From Amoebidium appalachense (lineage: Eukaryota; Protista; Ichthyosporea): 64,000 nucleotides of DNA. A program made the translations under genes and the position numbers. The stretch's first letter is position 1, and each line of letters opens with the position of its first letter. Location: positions 3,350,231 to 3,414,230 of the forward strand of contig CAVNZM010000009.1 in assembly GCA_963693365.1 (NCBI GenBank), in the 5' to 3' direction. Of this stretch, positions 63,240 to 64,000 are shown in pieces. A model generated the notes under the pieces. It did not search any database and had not been told where the DNA came from. It saw nothing but the letters and a program-made list of their open reading frames with translations.

Positions 63240-64000
63240 CTGTGTTGGGATAAAAAAGGTTAAAAATTGTTTGTAATTTTTGTTAAATTGAAAGGGCAGG
63301 TCTTTATGCGAGTCGTTTAAGGAGAAAAATGATGGCGACGATCGCCGGGCGGGGGAAAGGGGGAGGGTGGGGGAGGCGGGGAGGGGAGGGGGGGAGGGGG
63401 GGGGGGGGGGGGGAGGAAGGTAAACAGAAGATTCCTTTATATAGCGATTGGTACCTCTAGAAGAAAGGAGATCACACCCTACATAGGCAAAGCCGATCAC
63501 TAAATCCGACGTCAAATCGACGTCACCTAACACCTTAAGCCTCAAAAATACAATGGAAACACGTGGGGCACAGAATCATACTGGGAGCACACAGACGAAA
63601 GACAGAGTGGTTGTGGCAGGGTATGTACTCTCCATCCCCCTCCCCCCCCCCCCCCCCCTCCCCTCCCCCTTCTTCCCCTGCATTTCCTATACAGGCAAAT
63701 GTAGAAGGGGTTAACATATCAAGCCCCCCCTCCCCCCCCCCCCTCCCCCTCCCCCCCTTACATGACCACCCATACCTTCCATTATTTTTCACTATTCATC
63801 ATATTTCTGCACCGAAACAGGGTGGGACAGGGGTGGACCGGGGGAACGGAGGGTTGGGGGCACGGGGGGGGGGGGGGGGGGGGGGGGGGGGGAAGAGGGG
63901 AATAAGGACCAGAAGTGGGGGGAAGGCGGTGTGAGAAAGGGGGGGGGGGGGGGGGATGAGGGGGGGGGTTCAAGGGAGGGGGGGGGGGGGGGGGGGAGGT

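Overview
Eukaryotic nuclear DNA with spliceosomal introns saturated by poly-G/C, (CA)n and (GA)n tracts; nearly all ORFs in the six-frame track are microsatellite artefacts. The organism is possibly a unicellular holozoan or similar protist (inference only). Manual splice reconstruction gives five recognisable multi-exon genes: an Spp1/CFP1-like PHD protein (-, runs off the left edge), TUBGCP6 (-, about 22 exons, with an intronic tRNA-Arg(ACG)), a bHLH-zip factor with an apparent PB1-like domain (+), a CRAL-TRIO protein (+), and a phosphopantetheine adenylyltransferase (-, with a GC-AG intron). There is also an unknown 10-exon gene whose predicted stop sits 2 nt before an intronless coiled-coil ORF. 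The most notable signals are four. (1) A family of 3'-anchored, 5'-truncated, structured retroposon-like elements found only in poly-C/poly-G tracts (7 copies, 3 sequence variants). (2) Palindromic micro-transposons of 36-39 bp with perfect 8-bp target-site duplications. (3) A candidate bicistronic locus. (4) Duplicated splice-acceptor plus exon-start segments that would truncate two different genes. All family assignments rest on motif recognition by eye; no searches were run.
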